A stretch of DNA of 64,000 nucleotides from Podarcis pityusensis (Eukaryota). Below the pieces are notes generated by a model. It worked only from the letters and a program-made list of their open reading frames with translations, was not told the DNA's origin and did no database searches. Positions within the stretch are counted from its first letter, which is position 1, and every line of letters begins with the position of its first letter. Below are positions 1-12,015 of the stretch, piece after piece. A program made the position numbers and the translations under genes. The DNA lies in assembly GCA_964106645.2 (NCBI GenBank), contig OZ067049.1. One strand, written 5' to 3'.

Positions 1-14
1 GGGGAGTTGTCCGT

Positions 15-419
<405 letters not shown>

Positions 420-420
420 A

Positions 421-552
421 NNNNNNNNNNNNNNNNNNNNNNNNNNNNNNNNNNNNNNNNNNNNNNNNNNNNNNNNNNNNNNNNNNNNNNNNNNNNNNNN
501 NNNNNNNNNNNNNNNNNNNNNNNNNNNNNNNNNNNNNNNNNNNNNNNNNNNN
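421..552. other. Assembly gap (132 N) in the HOXA7 intron
   Basis: Run of N. Confidence 1.
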
Positions 553-570
553 GCATTTCAAGCCTGCTCC

Positions 571-695
571 TGTCTACTCAGAAGTAAGCTCCATTGAGTC
601 CAGCAAGGCGTAACTTCCAGGCCAAGTGGGTAGAAGCTGACCGTCCAATTCTGAGACACGTCTACTCGGAAGCAAATCCCACTGACTTCCTGCAC
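571..695. mobile_element. Two adjacent degenerate palindromic MITE-like copies in the HOXA7 intron
   Basis: gtctactcagaagtaagctccattgagt and cacgtctactcggaagcaaatcccactga both match the family core seen at 15362 and 21686. Confidence 0.6.
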
Positions 696-1132
696 AGTAT
701 ACTAAAAACTGAAGGCTTAGCTTTCCCTCAAGTGCCCCGGGCAAAGGCGACAAGCCGGGAGAGACTGGGTGGGTGGAGGAATTCGGGTTTTAACCATGTA
801 GTTTAAATAAACAAACCCAGGCGGGGGGAAAGAGGGCGATTGACTGAAAGCAAACTCTCTCCGGTTTTGCCCGCCACATTCCAGACTCTGGCGGAAGTCA
901 AAGCGGTGTCTGGAACTCAGGGCTCGCTTTCGCTCCCAGTTAAAAGAGCAGGTCTTCCTGTCCTCCCGCAAAATTAACTGCAGGTTCGGATTTAGGTCGC
1001 TCCAATAACCCCTTTCTTTATTGACATGCCTACCACTGACCGTCTATATTTCTTGCGGAGGGTGGGTCAGATAAATAAGAGGGAATCAAACGTTTTCGCT
1101 CACTCCAAGAATAGAAAGCTCCATTTCCCCCC

Positions 1133-1138
<6 letters not shown>

Positions 1139-1179
<41 letters not shown>
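1139..1179. repeat. (CT)n microsatellite
   Basis: Direct reading. Confidence 0.95.
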
Positions 1180-1183
<4 letters not shown>

Positions 1184-1400
1184 CGACCCCCACCCCATCC
1201 CAGTCCGCACCCCCGGCTCTTCTCTCACTCAGCATTACCGCCCCCCTTCGCCAGTGCGGGCGAGGAGAAGCGAGGCTCTCCCCCTGCCAGTCTCCGGCCA
1301 CCTTCGCCATCACCCTTCCCATATTTCCCTAGGGCCTCGACCAAAAATTCAACCCAACGCTCCCATTCCATATCGGGGGGGAAAGAGAAAGAGAGAGAGA

Positions 1401-1520
1401 GTTAAATAAATTTACGAGGCTAGAACCCATTAATTGGGCAATAAAAAGTTTTATGAGACTCATTTACATACAATGCCACGGGCTTTCTGCGCAATGGCGC
1501 CGCTTGCTCTAATTAAAAGC
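1401..1520. promoter_or_regulatory. HOXA7 intronic homeodomain-site cluster (HB1-like enhancer)
   Basis: Dense TTTACGA, CATTAATTGG, CAATAAAA, TTTTATG and CTAATTAA motifs. A conserved homeodomain-binding element (HB1) is described in the Hoxa7 intron. Confidence 0.7.
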
Positions 1521-1716
1521 AGGCAGGCAGGCAGGGCAGGCGCGCGCGCGCTCCTTGCGTGGAAGTTGCCCCCGCACCCGCGTGGAAGTTGCCATTCGCC
1601 TGCTTGGCAGCGCTTTCAATCCAACGCCCCCCCCCTCCGCCCGGCCTTCCCCGCCCGCATCTCGGTTTTGTCCCCCCCCCCCTTCCTTCCTTCCTTCCTT
1701 CCTTCCTCCCCCATAC

Positions 1717-2095
1717 CTGAAGACCTCATCCAGGGGTATATCCGGAAATTACTCTCCGCCTGGCTGTGCAGGTTGCTGTCCTCCGCTTTGTCACAGCTGG
1801 GCTTGGTTAAGTCATTGCAAAGGACGGGAATGTTCTGATCAAAAGAGGAGCAATGCAGGTTGTAGGCATCGGAGCCCAGGCTGTATCCGGAAGAGAACGG
1901 GCTTTGATATATGGTGCTGTTCACGTTGTACAAGGCAGGCATGGAGGAGGTGAACGCGCTAGCGCCTGGTCCATAGCCGCTTCTCTGCGAGTTGGTAGCA
2001 AAGGAGCAAGACGTGGGCTCCGCATTTTGGAAGAGAGAAGCAGCCCCCGTCGTATATTTGCTAAAAAGAGCGTTCACATAATACGAAGAACTCAT
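1717..2095 (-). CDS. HOXA7: HOXA7 exon 1
   Basis: N-terminus MSSSYYVNALFSKY and hexapeptide IYPWMR. Donor G|GTATGG at 1716 (minus), phase 1. Confidence 0.97.
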
Positions 2096-2198
2096 AATTT
2101 TGACCGGTGATTTGTGGTCCGGTAGGCTTCCGTGTCGGTTTTACGAGGTAGCGTGATATATGATAACATTACACCCCCAGATTTACACCAAACCCCAT
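2092..2198 (-). other. Two chained uORFs in the HOXA7 leader: uORF1 2198-2169 (MGFGVNLGV*), uORF2 2169-2092 (MLSYITLPRKTDTEAYRTTNHRSKL*)
   Basis: Read directly. TAATG overlap joins uORF1 to uORF2, and ATGA overlap joins uORF2 to the HOXA7 start. Translation is not demonstrated and the TSS position is unknown. Confidence 0.6.
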
Positions 2199-2224
2199 TT
2201 TCTTTTGGACTGAGCTGCCTCCAC

Positions 2225-2244
2225 CACGTGACCAGTCATATGAC
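2225..2244. promoter_or_regulatory. HOXA7 proximal promoter E-boxes (CACGTGAC and palindromic GTCATATGAC)
   Basis: USF/TFE-type E-box about 130 bp upstream of the ATG. Similar motifs sit at HOXA9, HOXA11 and HOXA13. Confidence 0.6.
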
Positions 2245-3754
2245 CCCATCCTCCAATCTCCTCCTGCATCACAGGTGGTATAGATCAGGGTGGCTCACAA
2301 GGTCCTATGATGGAAGGGGAAGAGGATCGAGCCGACGCCTGGCCGATTCGAAGGCGAGGGGGAGACTTGGCCGCTCGGGCAGCTCCAACGGGGCCCGGGT
2401 TCCCGGAGCGACTCCGGATAAAGCCGAGGGAGCGCCGAGATCAGCCCCGAGGCAGAGGGAAGCTAGAATAAGAAACGTCAACCAGTGTTTTGAAATACAC
2501 ACTTTCCTCTTTGCATCTTTATCCTCTCTACCCCCATTCTCCTCGTCTTTTTTTTGTCTTTTAAGGGGAGGAAAAAGCGTTTCTGTTCTGCTCCTGCATA
2601 TACCCCACTCCTCAGTCATATTTCCTGCAGAGCTGGAAATAAACCACAAACACAACTCTGAGTTTCCATGTATGTTTCCTGTTTGTTTTTCTTGTTTCTT
2701 ATCTCTCTCCGCCTTTCAGCTCCTCCATATTCCGAAAGGGGAGGGGTAGAGCTGCGGGAGGGAAAGTACATTTAAAAAAAAAAAAAAAACAAAGGCAAGG
2801 TGCCCATAAAAATGCCCCCATAGTAAAAACAACCACCACCATTATGCAGGATGTGTTATCTGCGTCTGTCTATCTCAAGTGTGTGTGTGTGTGTCTGAAT
2901 GAACTCATTTGGCAAATCCTTCTGTATCCTGCTCTCATTTATTTTTCCTCAGGAAAGGAAAGAGTGAAATATTTATATGAGAGGCTTCCCAATTTGCTCG
3001 CAGATTTATTAAGATATTGACAGACATATTCGGCTAATCGCTGCTGGCGAGATGAGTGAAGGGTTGCTAAATACGTGTTCTATCTTCTCTCTCTCCCTCT
3101 TTTGCCAAATTCTCTTCCTCAGCAACAAAACACAAATAGAGAAAAAGAACAGTATATCTAAGGGAGGACGGGTGGGTATCTTTCCTAAAAAGAAAGGGGA
3201 GGAGAAGAAGAAGAGGAAGAGGAAGAAGAAGAAGACGAAGAAGAAGAAGAAAGATGAAGGCATGTGTCTACTTTTGCCTGTTCCTCTTACTCCAGGAAGG
3301 TTTATATCCAGGAGGGAGTTTTGTTTTGTTTTGTTTTTCGGTGATCATGCAGCCGGTCTGCCTTTACTAGTGCTGATTTCTTCTATCCATTAGCATGCAT
3401 ATTTCAGCCACCCCCCCCCAAAAAAAAATGATACAGTGGGAAATAAAATAAAAACAAACGGACTTTCAGCACCTCTTATTTTAAAAAAAAAAATCGAAGA
3501 GACTTGGGATGCGGACTCAGGTTTCTTTGTTTTATCCTAGCTTCTTCTTTTTCCTCCCCCGCCCCCGGGGTAAATAAATACCTACCTCTGGTTTTATGTG
3601 GTGGTGTTGGTGGTGTCGAGAGCGGTGGCATATGTGTGTATGTGTGTGTGTGTGTCCCAGATCTCGGATAAGGCAGCTCCTTAATTTCTAAACACTCGGC
3701 CCCCACCAAGCAATAAGAGGACACGCCATTGAGGATGTTGCGCCCTACCCTTCC

Positions 3755-3960
3755 TTTAAAACGGATCGTAAAACTAGTTTCCTTCCCTCAGACGGGGGAG
3801 TTTTGGTAAAGACAGCTTTTACTGCCCTGCTATATTGCACATCATAAACTGGAAGGAGGACAATGAGATTGCCCCGGAAATTCTCCCTTTAGATTATAGT
3901 GTTTGGTATCCTGTGTGTACAAAGAGGTTCTCACCAGTTTAAAATTATGCCTGGCCCATA
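3755..3960. promoter_or_regulatory. Candidate HOXA7 upstream enhancer with CDX/posterior-HOX sites
   Basis: TCGTAAAA, GTAAA, TTTTAC, TCATAAA and AATTATG motifs about 1.7 kb upstream of the ATG. The position resembles the described Hoxa7 upstream enhancer. Confidence 0.5.
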
Positions 3961-4807
3961 TTTCGCAGGGACACATTTTGGCAACCCAGGGGAGGGAAGG
4001 AGGGGGGGAGGGCTCAGCTAAGGGGCCTGAGGAGGCCCGGGTGCAACAGGGGCTGGAGAGAGGTGTTGGTGTACAGTTTTGGAAAGGAAGAACATTATTA
4101 TCATGAACTCGTCTTCACAATCAGTGATATGGACTGGAGTCGGTCCTGGGCGCGGAGACCGCCCTTCGAGGTTTGCTTTGCTATTCCTGGGAGAGAACAG
4201 TCTGGTTGCATCGACAGACGTCTTTGGTTTTCATTCCGCCAAGATCGGTCAACGCACCAAGATGGCTGTCAAACCCAAAGGAAGAAAATGTGTGTGTTGG
4301 GGGGGGGGGAGAGGCGTGTGGTGCAAGATTGCGGGGCTACAATAATAATAACACCCCCTCAAAAAAAAAAAAACCTTGAAATTTTAAGAAAGAAAGAAAA
4401 GCCTCCTGAGAAAAATAATAAAGGGCTAAGAAGTTAGAAGGGAAGGCGAAAGAAGACCTGCCAAAGACGACGAGCCAGATCAAAGAAGCGGAATTAGACG
4501 GCATTCTGCCAATAAATTGCTCCTCTGGTGACAACGCAGCCAAGATGCCAGAAGAAAGCAGCAGCAAACAGAACCGGCAGTCTAAACTTGGGTATTGATA
4601 AGAGCAAGACAGAATTTTATCGATGAGTCTTTAAAGGACACCGTTAAGTGCAACTAGCTTTGAGGCCGAGGTCTGGGAGGATCAAACCGCACACTGCTTT
4701 CTTAGACGTGTGTGTGTCTCAGTTCTGCTGGGATTATATAAATATATTTTAAAATCGCGTTTGCCTAAAGTCACTTTTTGGAAGCGCTACTTAAATTGGG
4801 AAGGCCA

Positions 4808-4808
<1 letters not shown>

Positions 4809-4841
<33 letters not shown>
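4809..4841. repeat. (CA)n microsatellite
   Basis: Direct reading. Confidence 0.95.
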
Positions 4842-4845
<4 letters not shown>

Positions 4846-6019
4846 GTCCACGGCCTCCCCTCCAGGAAATAGGGCGTTTTATAATAAAGTCTCAGGACTA
4901 ACCCTCGCTAAACGGAATGTCCCTTCGCAATGAGCTCCGAATCACCTCCAAAGTACAGACTTCCAGTATAAATAGCAAAAAAGAGGGGGGAAATGATTAT
5001 TCACTTCTAAGCCATGTTTCCGGGATACATTACCGGTACATGAATGCGGAAATTTAATGGTGTCCAGTTTTAGAAGATGCCTCTATCCTCCATCCCACTT
5101 AAAAATTAAAAATAAAAGATACGGTGGAATGGATACTGCTTAATTATTTAAAGTTTTCCCTAGGTCACTCATTCCATCCAAAGCGCCCTCTCCGCCCCCT
5201 TTAAAAAATTGTAACCTAGAAACTGCTGCTTTCTAGGTTTCTCTAAACAAACCTCGTTTAAAAACAACCTCCACCCACAGAATAAAAAGTTAAAAATAAA
5301 GAGGATGATTTAAAAACACACACACCAACTGGTCATTCTGCAGGGTGGTTTATTTTGGAATCAAGCAAAGAATTTTCTGCAATTTGGACTTGGGGTATTA
5401 TTCCGCTGTTTTAGCTGCCTTCTTTATTCCCTCCATTGATCACCCATTGTCCAAATTACTTACAACAAATGTATATATTCGTGTTTGCATTTTACTGTAG
5501 CTGAAGTCATTGAGGACAAGCTACATTAAAAGTACACACGAGACAATAAGAATTAACATTAAAAGCTGCCATGACCAGTCCTTCGTTCATATAAACGACA
5601 TTTTCTACTGGGGATTTGTATATGTACAGTATATGTAAGTTCCATCCTAAATAAATGCACAATAAATTTCCAGTCTTTTTTAGGAATCAGGTTGTTCGTT
5701 TTATCCTCCTAGATTCCTATTAAGGAATTACAATGAAATATGTTTGATAATCACATTTAGTGGGTCATTTGACGGCTAAACGTTCTTTTTCTTTTTCTGG
5801 CAGGGAAAAAAGACGCAAACTTAAAGCATTTCCCCAATAATGTTATTTGTCTTTCTTGGCTCTTAATTTCGGTACAGTAGGCACACATTTGTGGTTTGAT
5901 TGTCTTATTTATTCACAAATATCGAGTCCATTCATCTATCTTCGGTATGTATGTTTGTGTATATGGCTCATATACTAATCGATGGAGCCGTAGAATTCAG
6001 AAGTGAAGGAGAGGTGTGT

Positions 6020-6075
6020 ATACAATATATACAATATATACAATATATACAATACACACACACACACACACACAT
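6020..6075. repeat. (TACAATATA)n tandem repeat running into (CA)n
   Basis: Direct reading. Confidence 0.85.
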
Positions 6076-6683
6076 ATGAAAGAGTAAATAAAATGCCGTA
6101 AGAGTTCTAGCCTAGATTCGTACAGGCATCTTAGTCCTGCGGTGTACTAGAACTGTTATCATCTGCACTGCATAATTAAACCGGGTCCCACAGAGATGAA
6201 ATTGCTTAAGGAAGCGAGCGGGAGCCTTTAACTGCCTCAAAGACATCTGGTGAAGAAATTCAGTGGCCGGTAAATAATTTTCAAATTAAATTTTGTTGCC
6301 GAGCCACCAACTTAGAGCCCGGTGAAAAGAACGTGGTTTCCGAAGGATTCTGGCCCAGAGCAGAATGGAACCAAAGGCAGGGATCACTGGCTGAATAAGA
6401 GATTAAGATGGCGCCATCCATGTTCAGCCATTCAAAAGCTCTCCCATTGCATTGTGAAAACTGTTTACTCCTAATAAATACCTTTTTAAAAAATTGATCG
6501 GAGCATTTTTTAAAAAATAAAATTAAAAACCCACGTCTAACTGTGTGTTGTTGTTGTTTTTTAAATACACACTGAGCATGTTTCTTTAACAACTCTGCCG
6601 CGACTCAATCGCCAGCGTCCGCATTCCAAGCGCTTTGAGATTCCCGGCTATAAAAATTGCTTATGCGGCCTCAATATAGCGTA

Positions 6684-6762
6684 GTGCAGTCCTATACAGG
6701 TCTACTCTGAGGTAAGAAGCCTTGCTACATTCATTGGGGCCGATTCCCAGGTAAATTGCCTA
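6684..6762. mobile_element. Degenerate palindromic MITE-like copy
   Basis: gtgcagtcctatacaggtctactctgaggtaag...cattggggccgattcccaggtaa. Confidence 0.6.
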
Positions 6763-7327
6763 AGCCACGAACGGGTTAATACAAACGATTATATTGTGTG
6801 AGAATATCTGCTTTGACTTTGTGCATTATATATCCCTTACATTATATATCCGTTATGCATTTTCATTAGTCGATTACAATATACACGGGATGTTTCACCC
6901 AAATGCATCTGTATAAGTTTAAACTGTTTAAATATATTCTCACTGTACATGTGTTTGATACGTGCACTCAGGCGCGCGACATATTATTTGCTCTTCCTGC
7001 GGTCAAATTAGCAGTATTCTTGAAGCATGCTTCAAGCTGAGAGGGGAAAATATCAATCTGTACAGAACTGGCAGGATAATACTAATACTAATAGTTACAG
7101 ACGGAGAACTTTACCATTGCAGTTATTGACTTTTAAGAGTATTAAATATGGAAACACGAAATACTGAAGCATTAAGGTATTCCTTTTAGTAGTGGGATAT
7201 AATATCGCCTTTTGTTAATATCAAATCAGGAGTTTCAAAACCGCATATGCTGCTCCTAGGAAGTCGACATTTTAGAATTTTTTCCATTGGCTTCATGGCG
7301 GAAATCGCCCTTGTTTTCGTGGAACAA

Positions 7328-7362
7328 CACTGCCATCTGCTGTTCTGTCCTGGTAACCGCAA
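7328..7362 (-). promoter_or_regulatory. CTCF site between HOXA7 and HOXA9 (CBS7/9 candidate)
   Basis: Minus strand TGCGGTTACC-AGGAC-AGAACAGCAGATGGCAGTG: CTCF core plus upstream (ZF9-11) motif at typical spacing. A CTCF boundary at A7|A9 is established in mammals. Confidence 0.7.
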
Positions 7363-7734
7363 GCAATAAAATAGGTGCAGGAATCTGACGAACGTGTAAA
7401 CATAGCTGATATCTATCCCTGCAAACGCTTCGGTAATCTACTTTGCCATGCAGTAGCAATTATAGAAAAGGTTCCAGCGGTATATTCATTAAAGATAAAC
7501 GTTCACCTTACAGCCTACATTTCAGAGGGGAAAGGGCTAATAAAAACGAGCTATTTCCGCAGAGCCGCTTTATCTAAAACAGCCAGACAAAACAAATGAA
7601 AGGGCTTTTGTAGAAAATCTTAATTGTGGCTGGACAGTTGTAAACTCATTAAGGGCCGAATTCCAGACAGTTTGCAGACCTGCCATTTATTACGCACTTC
7701 CAATGAGGATTCTTTGAAGTCCCCACTGTCTGCA

Positions 7735-7750
7735 ACAACAGAGGGCGTCG
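7735..7750 (+). promoter_or_regulatory. Second CTCF-like core (CAACAGAGGGCGTC)
   Basis: Motif match by eye, oriented opposite to the 7328 site. Confidence 0.4.
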
Positions 7751-8719
7751 CAACATCCCAAACCACTGGGACAGGCATTAATTAGAACTCCCCCCCGCCC
7801 TTGTTTTTGCAGACAAGAACTGTTTCGCTTCGTGTTAATTTAATGCAATTTACCAGAGATTTCTTTATTTTTAAAAATAAAAATTAAAAAGGCCAACAAA
7901 ACTCCAAGTGATTTCCCCTGCCTCTCTGAACCTTCGAACATTTTCAAAGCCTGAGATACTGAGTTCTTGCCTTCAACCCTGCAGCATTTTACACCCCATA
8001 AACGGTTACAGCCGTCATTTTCTTTTATGGCACACTATGGCTCTGAATTTTCTTAACAGCTTCTTCAGCTAAGACTTGTTAGCTGGAAGTGTGCGGGCTT
8101 GTTTGTGCCTTTAAAATAAACTCTTCTGCAATGAGCTACAGAGGAGTCCCTGTTTGGTCTTGTGCACAACTCTGCTCTAACTGGTATTTTTTTTTATGGG
8201 GGAGGATTATAATTTCTGAGCGGAGAGCCGAGCCTGCCCGAGGCACGACTAAACTCCCAACGCGTCAGAATTCCTTTTATTGTTCATCCGTTTGGACTGC
8301 CCACCCCCACCCCATCGCCTGCATGTATTCGTTAAAGCGTTGGTTAATCTCCATCACCAACACCCCTTTGCCAACCAGCCCGATTTTCTAACCTGAACTT
8401 TTTAAACAACGACCAAAAAACCTTTCTAGCGTCCATTGCTGCCCGATAAGCCTCCATCTTTGGCTGCGTCAAATGCGGTGTGTTTATTTCGCGGGCGAGA
8501 CTGCACCGATGACACAGAAAGCAGCTGGAATGGGTTTTACTTTGGGAATGCTTTCTCTATGAAGAGACATGGATGAAATTTCATACTCTATGGATTATTT
8601 GCTTCTGGAAGCCAAGCTGATTTTTTAAAAATGAGAGTTGAAAGCGGGTACTAACTAGATTATTCCTGCAAAAGGTCACCGAAATTTTGTCCTGCTGCTT
8701 TGGTTTATGTTTATCAATT

Positions 8720-8721
<2 letters not shown>

Positions 8722-8757
<36 letters not shown>
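8722..8757. repeat. (ATT)n microsatellite
   Basis: Direct reading. Confidence 0.9.
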
Positions 8758-8939
8758 TCACAGCATCTTAACTAATTAAAGACACCCACACTAGTTAATA
8801 TCCTTAGTTTCCAGTTCAGGGTTCTTTGCAATCGTTGGATAGCCTGGGCGCAACATGCCTGGCCGAGTTACTCCACTGTCTTCCTCTCCCAGATTCCACT
8901 CGCGTTTTCGTTCGGGAGAAGGATTTGCCATGTGAACCA

Positions 8940-9020
8940 TAACTGCTTGGAAGTTAAGTTCCATCAAAATGAGTGGGTCTTCCTTTTGAGTAACCGTGTT
9001 AAAGGACCAGTGTTAGGATT
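8940..9020. mobile_element. Degenerate palindromic MITE-like copy downstream of HOXA9
   Basis: ggaagttaagttccatcaaaatgagtgggtcttccttttgagtaa...taggatt. Confidence 0.5.
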
Positions 9021-9114
9021 TTGCTTGCTCTCCAAAGGTAAAGATGGGCAGGTTTTGCCTTCTTAATAATCTTAAAAACAGCACAATATTTTTTTTAAAA
9101 GAATCAATATATAT

Positions 9115-9120
9115 TTTATT
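9115..9120 (-). terminator. Probable HOXA9 polyadenylation signal AATAAA
   Basis: AATAAA at the end of an AU-rich segment about 1.27 kb downstream of the stop. Other AATAAA hexamers lie nearer the stop, so the choice is uncertain. Confidence 0.5.
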
Positions 9121-9374
9121 TAGCAAAAAGTTAAATATCATTCTGGACACAACTATTTGGTCAGTAGGCCATGAGGTAACTATTGCAAAATATACAGTGT
9201 AGCTTCTGCATAAACATAACGTCCAGGACTTTTTATTTTTTATGTTAATAATCGATACAAATCTACAATAACCAAAAGGTAGGTTTTTTTAGAGTGTATA
9301 ATTTATTATCAATAAAATTAAACTTCATTACAATAAGAATCAATTAAATTCGATTAAACTCAAAACGTAAACCA

Positions 9375-9382
9375 TAGGTAGT
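9375..9382 (-). promoter_or_regulatory. miR-196 8mer target site in the HOXA9 3'UTR (ACTACCTA)
   Basis: Perfect complement of the miR-196 seed encoded at 18144-18165. HOXA9 is a known miR-196 target. Confidence 0.7.
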
Positions 9383-9982
9383 TACCTTCTTTTTCACATA
9401 TAGGTATAGCTCCGTTATCGGAAAATTGCTCACGGGTGCAAAAACAAGATTCAAGCTAGCCTGATTATTAAGGGTTTCTTTCTTTAATATATAGATTATG
9501 ATATATACAACTGACGAAGACTGTACTATATATATATAGATAGATAGATCGATCAAGTGTGCATACGAAAATGACTTGCTTCAAAAGAACGGGGGGATCC
9601 ACAAGTCCTTGGCTATCCCAGATCATGCCCCCACTTTTGTGTTTAAAAGCTGGGATAGAAAGAGAGCGAACGAATTGGTTTCCCCCCGGTACAATCCAAG
9701 GTTCACTGTCTAATAATGATACAGAAAAAAGGACTCCTTACACTACCGAGCTATACTCTATGCAACCTTTATAATAAACAACCTGAGTTCAAATTGAATC
9801 CTAGCTTACACAATCACATCTGGTACAGCACCCAAGCACAAAAAATTGAGTCACAAATATAATTACCACAATAAAAGACAGTGTTCAAGTATTAGAGCAG
9901 ACCTCTCTCTGCCGCGCAAAGAGCAAATAAAATTAACTACGTCGACTAACCTACACAGTCTGTAAAGAATTGTGCATTAAAA

Positions 9983-9992
9983 AGGTAGTTTC
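9983..9992 (-). promoter_or_regulatory. Second miR-196 site in the HOXA9 3'UTR (GAAACTACCT, pairs miRNA nt 2-11)
   Basis: Direct complementarity. Confidence 0.6.
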
Positions 9993-10391
9993 TTTCTTTC
10001 TTTCTTTTTCTTTCTTTCTTTCGTGAAGGACAGGTAGATTTAGACAAGCCAACAGATCAGCCTTCCGAGTTTAATGCCCCCCTTTCCTTCCCTATGATTA
10101 GAAAATGATAAATCTGGGTACCTCCATAATAGCACCGGGGCACAGCCATATCTCATTGCACGCTGGCGAGATACATTCAAGAGCTGCATTGGCCAAGGAC
10201 AAAACAACAGCAACAACCCCAGGGGGGTGGGAAACCCCAAATAATATTAATAATAATAATAGCAACAACACATGAGGCCTGGACACAGTCTCGGGGTATG
10301 CTGGGAACAGAAGAGGGGAGGATTGTGTTGTGTTGCGCTGGAAGGGGAGATTTTTGCTGTTTGAAACGTGATTAAACCTGGAAGCAGAGCA

Positions 10392-10630
10392 TCATTCATC
10401 CTTCGCTCGGTCTTTGTTGATTTTCTTCATTTTCATCCTCCGGTTCTGAAACCAGATTTTCACTTGTCTCTCGGTTAAATTCAGGAGCCGGGCCACTTCG
10501 TACCGTCGGTCCCTGGTGAGATACATGTTGAACAAAAACTCCTTCTCCAGCTCCAGCGTCTGGTGTTTGGTGTAAGGGCACCGTTTTTTCCGAGTGGATC
10601 TCGCGTGCAACCAATTCGCGGCCGGGTTGT
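10392..10630 (-). CDS. HOXA9: HOXA9 exon 2 (ANWL motif and homeodomain)
   Basis: [78 protein letters not shown]. Acceptor TTCCTTGCAG at 10631-10640 (minus). Confidence 0.97.
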
Positions 10631-12015
10631 CTGCAAGGAAAACGACGCCAAAGAGGGTTAAGTTGGCGAAGGACAGAACCCCGCACCAACACCCCCCCGC
10701 ACTGCTATTATGACTGCACCTCCACCCCATAGGCACACAAACAGCACCTCCTCCCACCCCCACCCCCAAGCCACCACCTTCCTTTTGAAGAGCATGGATG
10801 CCCTGATATTGGTGGTTTACGACATTCCTTTCCTTTGGACAGACATACAGGATGGGGTCAGACACAATGGACTCCAAACTGAGACACATGGAAAAGGTCA
10901 CGTAGAATTACGCGTAGTAAAAAAAGAAAAAGAGAAAGGGAGGGGGGGGACCCCACTGGCCACCGCCTCACTTCTTCATAGTGTTTATATAGGGTGTAAT
11001 TTCAAAGCCTGCCTTTGCTGCTTACCCTCCTCTCAGCCAAGCCCCCTGATTTCTCTCTCTCCTCTCCCCCTCCGGAAAAAAAAATATAGGACCGGTGCAC
11101 AACCCCTGAGAATAAGTGTCATACGGAAAATGTTTCACTTTCCAGTTCTGACCTTCTCTTATATAACCGCTGGGCGCTTTCAAGGAGATAAGGGAACACA
11201 CCCACCCGGCCCTGTCTTCAAGCTAAGCCTGGCTTGCTTTAGGTGGGAAAACACCCACTCACACATTTGCATTTGGCATTATTTGCCGTGCCTGCACTAT
11301 TGATCCGCTAGCTCAGTTCTAAAGGCAAGCGAAGGTGTTAGCAACAAGCAAAGGAGTGGAATAAATAGTCGCCAAAGAGAGGGCTAAAATGAAGTTAGGA
11401 AAAACACACACACACACAAGAACAGTTGTTGTTCTTGGCTTTCCTAGCTCAGCTAGTCGTCACAAAGGGATCAGATTCACATCCAATGTTTTGTTTTTCC
11501 TCGCCTCTCCCAAGTAACTTGGGTTGTGCGCGACCACCACCCTCTCACGCCGCCCCCCCCCTACACCGCCCGGCTCTCTCCTCCCATCCCCCCAATGTGG
11601 CTTTGTAGCTGAAGCGTGCGCCCAGGAAAACACGCTGGTGACGCGCCCCTGCACACTGTTGCGACAGGGAGGTCATGCTGGACTTTGCTGGCACCTTGAC
11701 GCTGAGAAACACACACAGACCTAGCTGGCTGCATAGACCGTGAGCCTACAAAGACTGGCACCAAATATGTACATACACGCGTATATGCATGCGCAACCAT
11801 ATTCCCGTTTTACGCACACAATTCTACACACACAGAGATAGAGAGAAGCTCAGGGGTGCCGCTGGACGTTCTTCTGTGACCACAGAAGCCCCCACCCAGC
11901 CACCCACCCAGCAGCCATTGCCGCATAGCTCACGGTAGACGGTGGCTCTCGACACCCAGCCCCCTACCCACCCGCCCACCCTCCTCCCGCCCAAGCCCAG
12001 GCGGATGGCACTTAC

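Noticed and set aside
2300-9100. Possible HOXA8 remnant between HOXA7 and HOXA9
   Set aside because: No homeobox-like sequence seen. HOXA8 absence is the normal state.
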